DNA of 64,000 nucleotides, taken from a virus. Positions 10,096 to 19,707 of the stretch are shown here, piece after piece. Below the pieces are notes generated by a model. The model searched no databases. It saw nothing but the letters and a program-made list of their open reading frames with translations, and had not been told where the DNA came from. The number at the start of each line of letters is the position of its first letter. Within the stretch, counting starts at the first letter, position 1. The DNA is taken from IMG/VR virus record IMGVR_UViG_3300022752_000022, positions 1 to 64,000 of that record; one strand, written 5' to 3'. Made by a program: the position numbers and the translations under genes.

Positions 10096-10689
10096 ATGGC
10101 ACTACCAACAATTAATAATTTAAAAAATCGGCTTGGCATCGGTGCTAGAGCAAATCTATTTAAAGTCTCTCTTGTATGGCCAGAGAACGCGGCCGCTAAC
10201 GTTAAAGTGCTATCAGATGCGGCGTCTATTTTATGCAAATCAGCAGCTATACCGGCATTTACTGTTGGTGTTATTGAGGTTCCTTTTCGAGGCGGTCGCA
10301 GAATTAAAGTGCCTGGAGATAGAACATTTGGAGATTGGACGACAACATTTCTCGCTAATGATTCGCAGTCTTTGAGGGCCGGCTTCAATGCCTGGTTGAG
10401 TTTTATTAGATTAGAAAATTATGATGAGAATGCTATTCGAAGTAACAATGGTAAGGGATTTGATTACTTATGTGATATAAGTGTAGAACATTTAAATCAA
10501 TCTGGCGAAACAATTAGAACATATAAATTATTTGACTGTTTTCCAACTGATGTTGGCGCAATTGATTTGTCTTATGATTCAACTGATACCATATCAGAAT
10601 TTACTGTAACTTTTCAATATCATTCAATGACAGCATTTCAAACCAGCGCAATTTCTAGTTCTGATGTCGAACTCAATACAATTGTCTAA
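10096..10689 (+). CDS. gp19: Tail tube protein gp19, copy 2
   Basis: GARANLF, LCKSAAIP, RRIKVPGDRTFGDWTTT, FPTDVGAIDLSYDS..ISEFTVTF motifs. Confidence 0.9.
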   Translation: MALPTINNLKNRLGIGARANLFKVSLVWPENAAANVKVLSDAASILCKSAAIPAFTVGVIEVPFRGGRRIKVPGDRTFGDWTTTFLANDSQSLRAGFNAWLSFIRLENYDENAIRSNNGKGFDYLCDISVEHLNQSGETIRTYKLFDCFPTDVGAIDLSYDSTDTISEFTVTFQYHSMTAFQTSAISSSDVELNTIV

Positions 10690-10771
10690 AGTTAATTCTG
10701 CTACAGCAGTTTCAACGTAATGAGATAATATCTTTTCGCAACAATAAATAGTTGCGTAATAGTTATCAACC

Positions 10772-10800
10772 AAGGGGCTATTACGCCCCTTATTCATTTC
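10772..10800 (+). terminator. Stem-loop, possible terminator or leader hairpin before gp20
   Basis: AAGGGGC-TATTAC-GCCCCTT followed by a T-rich tract. Confidence 0.5.
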
Positions 10801-10813
10801 ATAAGAGATAAAA

Positions 10814-12469
10814 ATGGCCATAAAGTTATTTGGTTTTAAAATTGGTAAAGATGAGCCAGAAAAAACACAACCCCAATCTTTTGTTCCTAAAGCAGAGGAT
10901 GATGGTGCAGTAGCGATATCCGCCGGTGGTGTTTACGGAACATATGTTGATCTAGAGGGTCAAATTAGATCAGACACGGAATTGATCAATAAGTATCGTG
11001 AAATGGCAATGCAGCCTGAGTGTGATATTGCAATTGAAGATGTTGTAAATGAAGCAATTGTATTTGAAGAACATCAATATCCAGTTGAAATTGTTTTAAA
11101 TAATCTTCAACAGCCGGAAAGTGTGAAGAAAAAAATTCGTGATGAATTTACACATATTATGAAACTTCTCGATTTTAATAATAACGGATATGACATTTTC
11201 AGAAGATGGTATGTTGACGGAAGATTGTACTATCACATGATCATTGACGAAAAAAATCCAAGACAAGGTCTAAGAGAAATCCGATACATAGATCCACGAA
11301 AAATAAGAAAAGTTCGTGAATCAGTTAAGAAAAAGGATCCTACAGGTGTCGCACAGATTTACACGCAACCAAATGAATATTATATTTTTTCTGATAAAGG
11401 TTTTGCAAAAGATGGCGCACAAGGTTTAAAGATTGCTGCTGATTCTGTTTGCTATGTGCATTCTGGAATTTTTGATAAAGATGGTAAAGTTGTCATTTCA
11501 CATCTTCATAAAGCAATTAAGCCACTGAATCAATTGCGTATGCTTGAAGATGCTACAGTCATTTATAGAATCTCAAGAGCGCCAGAGCGTAGAATATTTT
11601 ATATTGATGTCGGTAATTTACCTAAAATTAAAGCTGAACAATATCTTCGTGACATCATGCAAAAATATAAAAACAAACTTGTATACGATGCACAGACTGG
11701 CGAAATTCGTGATGATAGAAGATTTCAGACGATGCTTGAAGATTTCTGGCTTCCGCGCAGGGAGGGCGGCAAAGGTACGGAAATTACAACACTACCTGCT
11801 GGCCAAAATTTAGGTGAAATGGATGATGTTTTGTACTTTCAAAAGAAACTTTATAAATCTTTGAACGTACCAGTTTCACGATTAGAAGCAGATAACGGAT
11901 TTTCCCTAGGTCGTGCAAGTGAGATCAGCAGAGATGAATTAAAATTTTCAAAATTTATATCAAGACTTCGCCTGAGATTTACACATTTATTTGATAAAAT
12001 ATTAGAGACACAATTACTACTAAAAGGTGTATGTACACGCCAAGAGTGGCTTCAACTTAAAGAAGAAATTAATTATAACTTTATTTCAGATTCACACTTT
12101 GTTGAATTAAAAAATGCTGAGATTATGAAAGAGCGAATGGCACTTTTAGGCGAAATTGATCCTTATGTTGGTAAGTATTTTTCCGTTAACTATATTCGCA
12201 CAAGAATTCTTCATCAAACTGAAGATGACATAAAACAAATGGATGAAGAAATGGAAGAAGATAAAGCGAATATGGAAGATGGGCCTATAGAAGCACCTCC
12301 ACCACCGCCGGTAGCACCTCCGCCACAAGAAGTTGTCGTGAGTGTGAAGAAAGAAGAAATTGAACCACGAATTGTTGATGACACTGATCAAAAAGAGTTA
12401 GCTAAATCTATGACAAGATTTTTTGAAACACTCACTGAAGAGACAAAGCATGAGCGAGGAGAAAAGTAA
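10814..12469 (+). CDS. gp20: Portal protein gp20
   Basis: FRRWYVDGR, YRISRAPERRIFYIDVGNLPK, EDFWLPRREGGKGTEITTLP motifs. Confidence 0.97.
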   Translation: MAIKLFGFKIGKDEPEKTQPQSFVPKAEDDGAVAISAGGVYGTYVDLEGQIRSDTELINKYREMAMQPECDIAIEDVVNEAIVFEEHQYPVEIVLNNLQQPESVKKKIRDEFTHIMKLLDFNNNGYDIFRRWYVDGRLYYHMIIDEKNPRQGLREIRYIDPRKIRKVRESVKKKDPTGVAQIYTQPNEYYIFSDKGFAKDGAQGLKIAADSVCYVHSGIFDKDGKVVISHLHKAIKPLNQLRMLEDATVIYRISRAPERRIFYIDVGNLPKIKAEQYLRDIMQKYKNKLVYDAQTGEIRDDRRFQTMLEDFWLPRREGGKGTEITTLPAGQNLGEMDDVLYFQKKLYKSLNVPVSRLEADNGFSLGRASEISRDELKFSKFISRLRLRFTHLFDKILETQLLLKGVCTRQEWLQLKEEINYNFISDSHFVELKNAEIMKERMALLGEIDPYVGKYFSVNYIRTRILHQTEDDIKQMDEEMEEDKANMEDGPIEAPPPPPVAPPPQEVVVSVKKEEIEPRIVDDTDQKELAKSMTRFFETLTEETKHERGEK

Positions 12470-13781
12470 GCTCACTGAGAATGCTCTTGTTGTAGCAACA
12501 TCAATTGCTTATACAAAAAAAGAGATTGGAAAACTACAAGAAAGAATAGATTCTCTTTCGTCACAAAAAGAAATTGTAGAAATTGTAGGTCCACAGGGCG
12601 ACCAAGGTCCTCGTGGATTGCCCGGCATCGCAGGCGAAAAAGGTGATCGTGGAGAAAAAGGCGATAAAGGTGACAGAGGAGAAAGAGGCGAACAAGGCGT
12701 CCAAGGAATTCCTGGTGCACCCGGCGAACAGGGATTCAAAGGCGACAAAGGCGACAAAGGTGAAAAGGGTGATGTAGGGCCACAAGGTCCTAAAGGTGAA
12801 AAAGGTGATCGTGGTGAACAGGGCGTTCAAGGTGAAAAAGGTGACAAAGGTAATAAAGGTGATAACGGTCTTCGTGGAGAAAAAGGAGACAAAGGTGATC
12901 CTGGTTCACAAGGTGAAAGAGGTGAACAAGGATTTCCAGGCAAAGATGGTAAAGATGGCGCAGCAGGCAAAGATGGAAAGAAAGGTGAACGTGGAGAAAA
13001 AGGTGATGTAGGACCGCAAGGACCACAGGGCGACAAAGGTGAAAAGGGCGACAAAGGTGATCCAGGAAAAGATGCAGATTTCACAGCGATACAAAATCAA
13101 GTCAATGATTTCAAAGATGTTCTACAAAAAGATGTAACACAATACAAAAACAAAGTCAATGCTATCATATCAAAAGGATTTGGTGGTGGAGGTGGTGGTT
13201 CAGGTGAAGTCAATTTAAGATTTTTAAACGATGTTGATCGTGATAGTATTCAAAATGGTTATGTTCTATCATACAATTCAACGACTGGAAAATTTACATT
13301 TGTAGCACAGTCCGGTGGAAGTGGTGATGGCACAGACGCATATGCTAGAAGTACAGCAAATGCTGCATATGCACAAGCGAACACGGCCACAAATATTGGT
13401 CAAGCGGCATATGATTATGCAAACACTTTAGTGTTATCTTCAGGTAGTTTGGACCAGTATGCTAGAAATATTGCTAACAACGCTTATATACAAGCGAACA
13501 GTGCAGTAACAATAGCACAAGCTGCATATGATGCTGCAAATAATGCAAATGGTTCAATTGATGTAAGTCTTATAGATACATCTAATAATTTAAGCAATAC
13601 TATATCTAACATATCAACTATAAGATTTTCTGAAGAGTCAGGATTTAGTTTAACAAATTTAGGTTCAGGTGAAGTAAAAGTTGCTGTAAATTTAATGACG
13701 CCAATTCTACAATTAGATATAGATTTCGGTTCTTTTTCTTCTCCAACTCCAAATCTTAATTTAGATTTAGGTAATATTTAA
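12450..13781 (+). CDS. Collagen triple-helix repeat fibre protein
   Basis: 54 uninterrupted Gly-X-Y triplets (12588-13073), then a GGGGGSGEVNLRFLNDVD motif and ANAAY(A/D)xAN coiled repeats. Likely ATG at 12450 overlaps the gp20 end. Confidence 0.85.
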   Translation: MSEEKSKLTENALVVATSIAYTKKEIGKLQERIDSLSSQKEIVEIVGPQGDQGPRGLPGIAGEKGDRGEKGDKGDRGERGEQGVQGIPGAPGEQGFKGDKGDKGEKGDVGPQGPKGEKGDRGEQGVQGEKGDKGNKGDNGLRGEKGDKGDPGSQGERGEQGFPGKDGKDGAAGKDGKKGERGEKGDVGPQGPQGDKGEKGDKGDPGKDADFTAIQNQVNDFKDVLQKDVTQYKNKVNAIISKGFGGGGGGSGEVNLRFLNDVDRDSIQNGYVLSYNSTTGKFTFVAQSGGSGDGTDAYARSTANAAYAQANTATNIGQAAYDYANTLVLSSGSLDQYARNIANNAYIQANSAVTIAQAAYDAANNANGSIDVSLIDTSNNLSNTISNISTIRFSEESGFSLTNLGSGEVKVAVNLMTPILQLDIDFGSFSSPTPNLNLDLGNI

Positions 13782-13796
13782 AAAAAGGAAATTATA

Positions 13797-14864
13797 ATGG
13801 CATTACGTTTACGCAGGGGAACAAATGCAGAAAGGTTAGGAATTACTCCTGCTGAAGGCGAATTAATTTATACTACTGATACGCAAATTCTCTTTGTTGG
13901 TAATGGCAATACTGCGGGTGGTATCGCTGTAGGAACACCCGAAATTTTTTATGGCGTCAATACAGCTGGTCATATTTTACCCACAGCAAATATGGCATAT
14001 GATATAGGTTCCAGTACATTACGATTTAGAGATTTATACTTAAGTGGAAATACAATTGATTTGGGTGGATCTTCACTAGAGGCTAATGCTAATGGTGGAT
14101 ATATTTCGTTTGTTCCTGCACCAATTGCGTCTAATCAAAACCCCAAAGCATTAATTGTTAGTAGTAGTGGTTATGTTTTTACAGTAAATACAACAAATGG
14201 AGTTTTATCAACAGGTGATGTTGCGTCTGCTATTAGTTCAAACTCCGGAATTAATCTTTTCAATCCTCCAGTATTAGTTAGAGTAGAAAATGCAAATACA
14301 AATGGAGGAAATGTATCAAATACAATCACATCAACCGCAAAAATTCAATTCAATGATGATGACGGCTTAAATCTGATCGCAACAGATAATACAGCACAGA
14401 TTAGATTAAATCAAGCACTAAAAACAACATCAAATGTAACATTCAATACCGTTCAGCATAGTGGCCTTGTTATGACACAAGGCACAAATATTGATCAGTA
14501 TTATGAATTAAATATAAATATGCAGATAACTGACGAGTGGCAAGACACGCCTATTAAATCTACTGCTTTGCCTACAGGAACTTATATTGTTCAAGTGTTT
14601 GCGAATGATAACAGTGTTGGTGGTCAACACTACAATGAAACGTATTCTGGTCTTATGTCATGGTACTCTTCGGACACAGATTCAACCATTTTTGATGAAA
14701 TTGTATTACATCGTGCTGGTCGTGGTCCAGGTTCCGGAGTATTATTTTTAAGAGTTCAAAGAACGGAAACATCAAATAGTGATGATTTAAAACTTCAAAT
14801 TTCTGGGACTATACAAACGGCTAGTTCTGTGCTTTATACGTTTAAATTTAGAAGAATGTTGTAA
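13797..14864 (+). CDS. Fibre/structural protein with Mtd-N/hyaluronidase-type N-terminus
   Basis: MALRLRRGT...AEGELIYTTDT..LFVGNG N-terminal motif and GHILPTANMAYDIGSSTLRFRDLYLSG fibre repeat. Confidence 0.7.
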   Translation: MALRLRRGTNAERLGITPAEGELIYTTDTQILFVGNGNTAGGIAVGTPEIFYGVNTAGHILPTANMAYDIGSSTLRFRDLYLSGNTIDLGGSSLEANANGGYISFVPAPIASNQNPKALIVSSSGYVFTVNTTNGVLSTGDVASAISSNSGINLFNPPVLVRVENANTNGGNVSNTITSTAKIQFNDDDGLNLIATDNTAQIRLNQALKTTSNVTFNTVQHSGLVMTQGTNIDQYYELNINMQITDEWQDTPIKSTALPTGTYIVQVFANDNSVGGQHYNETYSGLMSWYSSDTDSTIFDEIVLHRAGRGPGSGVLFLRVQRTETSNSDDLKLQISGTIQTASSVLYTFKFRRML

Positions 14865-14867
14865 AAT

Positions 14868-14875
14868 TATAAATA
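14868..14875 (+). promoter_or_regulatory. T4-type late promoter
   Basis: TATAAATA upstream of ORF 14913. Confidence 0.8.
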
Positions 14876-14912
14876 ACAACATTATATTCAAAATAATCAA
14901 AAGGAGACTTTC

Positions 14913-17264
14913 ATGACATTTAAGGTTAAAACTGGGATTAAAGTCAATAGCACTGATGTAATTAACTCAGCTGGCTATTGGATCGGTTCGACAATTACAA
15001 ATGATAAAACTTCAGCAAATACCGCTAATGGCTCATTAACAATTGTTTCGAGGGATGCTTCGGGTGCATTTGCAGCTGGAGCGATTACCGCATCATCATT
15101 TTCTGGAGATGGTTCTGCTTTAACATCTTTAAACGCATCAAACATTTCTTCAGGTAGTTTAGATAATGCAAGAACTTCAGCGGCGTCAGCAAATGGCGCA
15201 TCTACCATTGTTTTAAGGGATGCTTCAGGTGCATTTAGTGCCGGTCTAATTACAGCAAGTTTTAGTGGTTCTGGTGCTCAACTTACCAGTATTCCTAATT
15301 CAGCAACTACAGCTTCAGCAGCAAACGGCGCTTCTACAATTGTTGCTAGAAATAATCAAGGTGGTTTTAATGCGGGTGATATTACCGTAACTTCCGTATC
15401 CGGCGACGGTTCAGGATTAACATCATTAAATGCAACCAATATATCATCTGGAACATTAGATAATGCTAGAACTTCAGCAGCATCCTCTAATGGCGCTTCT
15501 ACGATTGTCTCTAGGGATGCTGCCGGCAGTTTCGCGGGTAATCAGATTACAGCTACAGTATTTTCTGGATCTGGTGCATCTTTAACAAATATTCCTAACT
15601 CAGCAACTACAGCTTCAGCGGCAAATGGGGCTTCTACGATTGTCTCTAGGGATGCTTCAGGTGCATTTAGTGCTGGCGCAATTACATCAACTTCTATATC
15701 AGGTGATGGCTCGGCATTAACATCCCTCAATGCATCACAAATTACATCTGGCACATTAGATAATGGTAGAACAACCGCTACATCTACAAACACGCCGTCT
15801 TCAATCGTTTCTAGAGATTCCAATGGCAATTTTTCAGCTAATGTTGTAAGTGCTACAACGGTTACTGGAGATGGTTCAGCACTAACTTCATTAAATGCTT
15901 CAAATATATCATCTGGAACTTTAGCAAATGCTAGAACATCCGCATCATCTTCTAATGGTGCGTCTACAATTGTTTCAAGAGATGCTGCTGGCGCTTTTAG
16001 TGCTGGTGCAATTACTGGATCGTCTTTCTCAGGTGACGGTTCCGCACTAACATCTTTAAATGCGTCAAACATTTCGTCAGGCACTTTAGACAACGCAAGA
16101 ACTTCCGCATCGTCTTCTAACGGTGCTTCTACAATTGTCACAAGAGATTCAACCGGTAGTTTTACTGCAAATACAGTCAATGCTACAACAATTAATGCAA
16201 CGTTTGTCGGCAATGGTTCAGGCATAACTGACGTTGATGCAACTAATATAACATCAGGCACTTTAGCAAATGCTAGAACAACAGCAGCATCGGCAAATGG
16301 TGCTTCAACAATTGTTTCAAGAGATGCTTCAGGAAGTTTTACTGCAAATATTGTCACAGCAACAACATTTAGTGGTTCTGGCGCATCTTTAACAAACATT
16401 CCTAACTCAGCGACAACCGCAACATCATCAAATACCGCTTCAAGTATTGTATCTAGAGATGGCAGTGGAGGATTTTCTGCAAATAATATTTCAGTTGTAG
16501 ACCTCACAGCTAGCGGTAATACCATTATTCATGGAAATCTAACTGTTAATGGTACAACTACAACAGTTAATTCAAACGTTGTTGATATCGGCGATAGTGT
16601 TCTTTTATTGAATAGTGATGAGGCAGGCACACCTTCACAAGACTCAGGACTTGAAGTTGAAAGAGGCACAAGCACAAATGTTAAACTGTTATGGAATGAA
16701 ACAGATGACAGATGGACGTTTACAAACAATGGAACAAACTATCATAATATTCCTGTAACATCAGAATACACGAATACAATATATTCTATTTCAGCAGAAA
16801 CACCAGGGTCTGGAAATGGTGCTTTTATTCGTTTATCAGGAACAGATAATACAACAGATGATGTTAGATTAACTGGTTCTGGAACGGTAACTGTTACACG
16901 CACCGATGCAAATACCATTACAATTAGTGCTACCGGTGCACTAGAAAGTACTACTTCAGGAATTACAAGTGCATCAGCAACTATCGTAGACACTTTTTCA
17001 ATTGGCACATATCGCACAGCAGAATACACATACCATGTGAAAACTACAACAGGAACACCATATTTTGCAACAGGAAAAATTAATCTTGTACATGATGATA
17101 CAAATGTTTATTTGACAGAATACGCAATGGTATCTACAAATTCAGATGACGATCTCGTTACGTTTACATCAAATATTAGTTTGGGCAACTTGAGACTATT
17201 AGCACAAGCAACAAATGCTACAGTCACAGTAAAAATAGCTGAAGCAGTTTATAGTACAGTGTAA
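14913..17264 (+). CDS. Repeat-rich fibre protein
   Basis: About 11 copies of the xNGASTIVxRDAxGxF motif; GNLTVNGTTTTVNS..SGLEVERG..LLWNETDDRW domain common in T4-like fibres. Confidence 0.8.
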   Translation: MTFKVKTGIKVNSTDVINSAGYWIGSTITNDKTSANTANGSLTIVSRDASGAFAAGAITASSFSGDGSALTSLNASNISSGSLDNARTSAASANGASTIVLRDASGAFSAGLITASFSGSGAQLTSIPNSATTASAANGASTIVARNNQGGFNAGDITVTSVSGDGSGLTSLNATNISSGTLDNARTSAASSNGASTIVSRDAAGSFAGNQITATVFSGSGASLTNIPNSATTASAANGASTIVSRDASGAFSAGAITSTSISGDGSALTSLNASQITSGTLDNGRTTATSTNTPSSIVSRDSNGNFSANVVSATTVTGDGSALTSLNASNISSGTLANARTSASSSNGASTIVSRDAAGAFSAGAITGSSFSGDGSALTSLNASNISSGTLDNARTSASSSNGASTIVTRDSTGSFTANTVNATTINATFVGNGSGITDVDATNITSGTLANARTTAASANGASTIVSRDASGSFTANIVTATTFSGSGASLTNIPNSATTATSSNTASSIVSRDGSGGFSANNISVVDLTASGNTIIHGNLTVNGTTTTVNSNVVDIGDSVLLLNSDEAGTPSQDSGLEVERGTSTNVKLLWNETDDRWTFTNNGTNYHNIPVTSEYTNTIYSISAETPGSGNGAFIRLSGTDNTTDDVRLTGSGTVTVTRTDANTITISATGALESTTSGITSASATIVDTFSIGTYRTAEYTYHVKTTTGTPYFATGKINLVHDDTNVYLTEYAMVSTNSDDDLVTFTSNISLGNLRLLAQATNATVTVKIAEAVYSTV

Positions 17265-17279
17265 ATTATATAATTAATT

Positions 17280-17299
17280 GGTGTGTCATATGACACACC
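17280..17299. repeat. Perfect 20-bp palindrome in intergenic region
   Basis: GGTGTGTCATATGACACACC. Confidence 0.8.
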
Positions 17300-17330
17300 T
17301 TAACCTCTGAGTTTAAACGGGACGAGGTAC

Positions 17331-19493
17331 ATGGCAAATTTTAAAGTAAAAAACGGCATCACGCTTGGTGCTAACGGTATTACATTTTCAGACGGCTCAA
17401 TTCAAACTGCTGCACCTGCCGGTAACACAACAGGATCTTCATCAAACACTTCAGGAACACTTGTACTTAGAAATTCTTCGGGTGGATTTTCGGCTGGAGC
17501 AATCACAGCAGAGTCTTTTAGTGGAAATGGCGCAAACATTTCAAATCTAAATGCTTCAAATTTAACATCAGGCACACTGTCAAACGACAGAACAACGGCT
17601 ACAGAAAACAATACAGCAAACACAATTGTTCTAAGAGATTCTTCAGGTTCTTTTAGTGCAAACAACATTACAATCACAGGCAATTTAATTGTCAGTGGAA
17701 CATATACAACAGTAAATACTGAAATTATTGATCTCGCTGATAATAAAATTGTACTCAATTCTAATCACACTGGCTCACCAACCGAAGATGCTGGATTAAT
17801 CGTAAATCGTGGATCTTCTTCAAACGTTGAATTAATATGGAATGAGACAGAAGATTATTGGTCCGTAGGAAATTTAAATTTTCAAGCAAATAATTTTATT
17901 GGAAATCTAAATGCTTCAAATTTAACATCAGGCACAATTAATGATGCAAGATTTCCCTCATCAGGAGTTACTGCTGGATCATATGGTAATTCATCATACA
18001 GCGCACAAATTGTAACAGACACATATGGCAGAATTACATCAGCATCAAACGTAGCAATACAAATATCATATTCAGCAGTAACCGGACTTGAAAATTCAGC
18101 AACAATTATTTCATCATCTTCAAATGGTGCTTCAACAATTGTTTCTAGAGATGCTTCAGGATCATTTGCAGCAAATACAATTACTGCAACAACAGTGTCC
18201 GGATCTTTTATCGGTGAAGGCGATTTATTACAAAACATTAATGCTTCAAATTTAACCTCAGGAACGATTAGCAGTGCAAGATTGCCCACATCGGGCGTAA
18301 GTGCAGGCACATATGGCAGTTCATCTCTTGTTCCGCAAATTGTTGTTGACACATACGGAAGAGTTACTTCTGTGGCAAATGTTGGATTTTCTCTTGCTGC
18401 TGCCAATGTTTCAGGTTTAGCAACATCAGCAACAACAGATACGACAAACGCTTCAAATATTACAACAGGCACTTTAGCAAATGCTAGAACAACAGCAGCA
18501 TCAGCAAATGGTGCTTCAACAATTGTTTCTAGAGATGCTTCAGGATCATTCACAGCAAATACAATTACTGCAACAACAGTGTCCGGATCTTTTATCGGTG
18601 AAGGCGGTTTATTACAAAACATTAATGCTTCAAGTATTATGTACGGCACTTTAAGTTCAGCTAGACTTCCAACAACTGGCGTAAGTGCAGGCACATATGG
18701 CAGTTCATCTCTTGTTCCGCAAATCGTTGTTGACACATACGGAAGAGTTACTTCCGTGGCAAATGTCGGATTTTCTCTTGCTGCTGCCAATGTTTCAGGT
18801 TTAGCAACATCAGCAACAACAGATACGACAAACGCTTCAAATATTACAACAGGCACTTTAGCAAATGCTAGAACAACAGCAGCATCAGCAAATGGTGCTT
18901 CAACAATTGTTTCTAGAGATGCTTCAGGATCATTCACAGCAAATACAATCACTGCAACAAAATTTGATGGTGAACACATAGGAGAAGGTTCTGGATTACT
19001 AAACATAAATGCTACAAGTATTATGTACGGCACTTTAAGTTCAGCTAGACTTCCAACAACTGGCGTTAGTGCAGGAACATATGGTAATTCTTCAAACACT
19101 GTTCAAATTGTTGTTGACACATACGGCAGAATTACATCAATTGCAAATTCTGCAATAAATTCATCTGGTGGAACCAGAGTCACTACAGTTTCAAGCGCAT
19201 CAAGTGTTACGATGAACGCTAATACGTCAGATATGGTGACGCAGAATAATACGGGTTCAGGAACACTTACAATTAATGCTCCAACGGGAACACCAAGTGA
19301 TGGCCAAAAAATAATGTTTCGTCTTAAATCGACAAATGTTCTAACATTTAGTTTTAATGCAATTTTTCAAGGATCAACTGATCTACCTTTACCAACATCT
19401 TCTTCAGGTAGTAATAAATACGACTATCTTGGCTTCATATATAACTCTGACGCAACTAAATGGCAATACATTGCTAAAATATTTGGATTCTAA
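17331..19493 (+). CDS. Repeat-rich fibre protein, paralog of 14913..17264
   Basis: MANFKVKNGI start resembles MTFKVKTGI; shared NGASTIVSRDASGSF repeats; GVxAGxYG..VDTYGR repeats; C-terminal PTGTPSDGQK..DYLGFIYN domain. Confidence 0.8.
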   Translation: MANFKVKNGITLGANGITFSDGSIQTAAPAGNTTGSSSNTSGTLVLRNSSGGFSAGAITAESFSGNGANISNLNASNLTSGTLSNDRTTATENNTANTIVLRDSSGSFSANNITITGNLIVSGTYTTVNTEIIDLADNKIVLNSNHTGSPTEDAGLIVNRGSSSNVELIWNETEDYWSVGNLNFQANNFIGNLNASNLTSGTINDARFPSSGVTAGSYGNSSYSAQIVTDTYGRITSASNVAIQISYSAVTGLENSATIISSSSNGASTIVSRDASGSFAANTITATTVSGSFIGEGDLLQNINASNLTSGTISSARLPTSGVSAGTYGSSSLVPQIVVDTYGRVTSVANVGFSLAAANVSGLATSATTDTTNASNITTGTLANARTTAASANGASTIVSRDASGSFTANTITATTVSGSFIGEGGLLQNINASSIMYGTLSSARLPTTGVSAGTYGSSSLVPQIVVDTYGRVTSVANVGFSLAAANVSGLATSATTDTTNASNITTGTLANARTTAASANGASTIVSRDASGSFTANTITATKFDGEHIGEGSGLLNINATSIMYGTLSSARLPTTGVSAGTYGNSSNTVQIVVDTYGRITSIANSAINSSGGTRVTTVSSASSVTMNANTSDMVTQNNTGSGTLTINAPTGTPSDGQKIMFRLKSTNVLTFSFNAIFQGSTDLPLPTSSSGSNKYDYLGFIYNSDATKWQYIAKIFGF
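18121..19140 (+). repeat. 384-bp (128-aa) near-identical internal tandem duplication, ~2.6 copies
   Basis: gtgcaggcacatatggcagt at 18301 and 18685; caacatcagcaacaacagat at 18421 and 18805. Confidence 0.88.
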
Positions 19494-19495
19494 TT

Positions 19496-19705
19496 ATGAA
19501 AATTTATAAATTTACGATGACATACGATGGCAAACCTTACACAGATGCAGTAAATTTGCCAGACGATCACACCCATACTGATGAAGAAATCATGCAAATG
19601 ATGCTTACAAAGTTTTCTACATGGAAAAATATGCTGGCAAATCCTGGCGATTTGAGCATTACAGAAGAACAACCTCTTTTAATTGAAGAGCCACCCGCCG
19701 AGTAA
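19496..19705 (+). CDS. Small hypothetical protein, fibre-associated
   Basis: 69-aa ORF tightly packed between two fibre/adhesin genes. Confidence 0.65.
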   Translation: MKIYKFTMTYDGKPYTDAVNLPDDHTHTDEEIMQMMLTKFSTWKNMLANPGDLSITEEQPLLIEEPPAE

Positions 19706-19707
19706 TT

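Noticed and set aside
17300-17330. Hammerhead ribozyme suggested by CTGAG...GACGA
   Set aside because: The CUGAnGA and GAAA core and the three-stem junction are absent.
15542-19099. Long minus-strand ORFs (15542..16525, 17882..19099; also 151..399, 607..1230, 43421..44017)
   Set aside because: They are antisense shadows of repetitive or codon-biased + strand genes, with no independent motifs.
1-19140. CRISPR-like appearance of the recurring ~35-bp repeats
   Set aside because: The repeats are in-frame protein-coding units with related intervening sequence, and no cas genes are present.
13797-19493. Diversity-generating retroelement, suggested by the Mtd-like N-terminus and near-identical repeats
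   Set aside because: No reverse transcriptase in the window, and the repeat differences are not adenine-specific.
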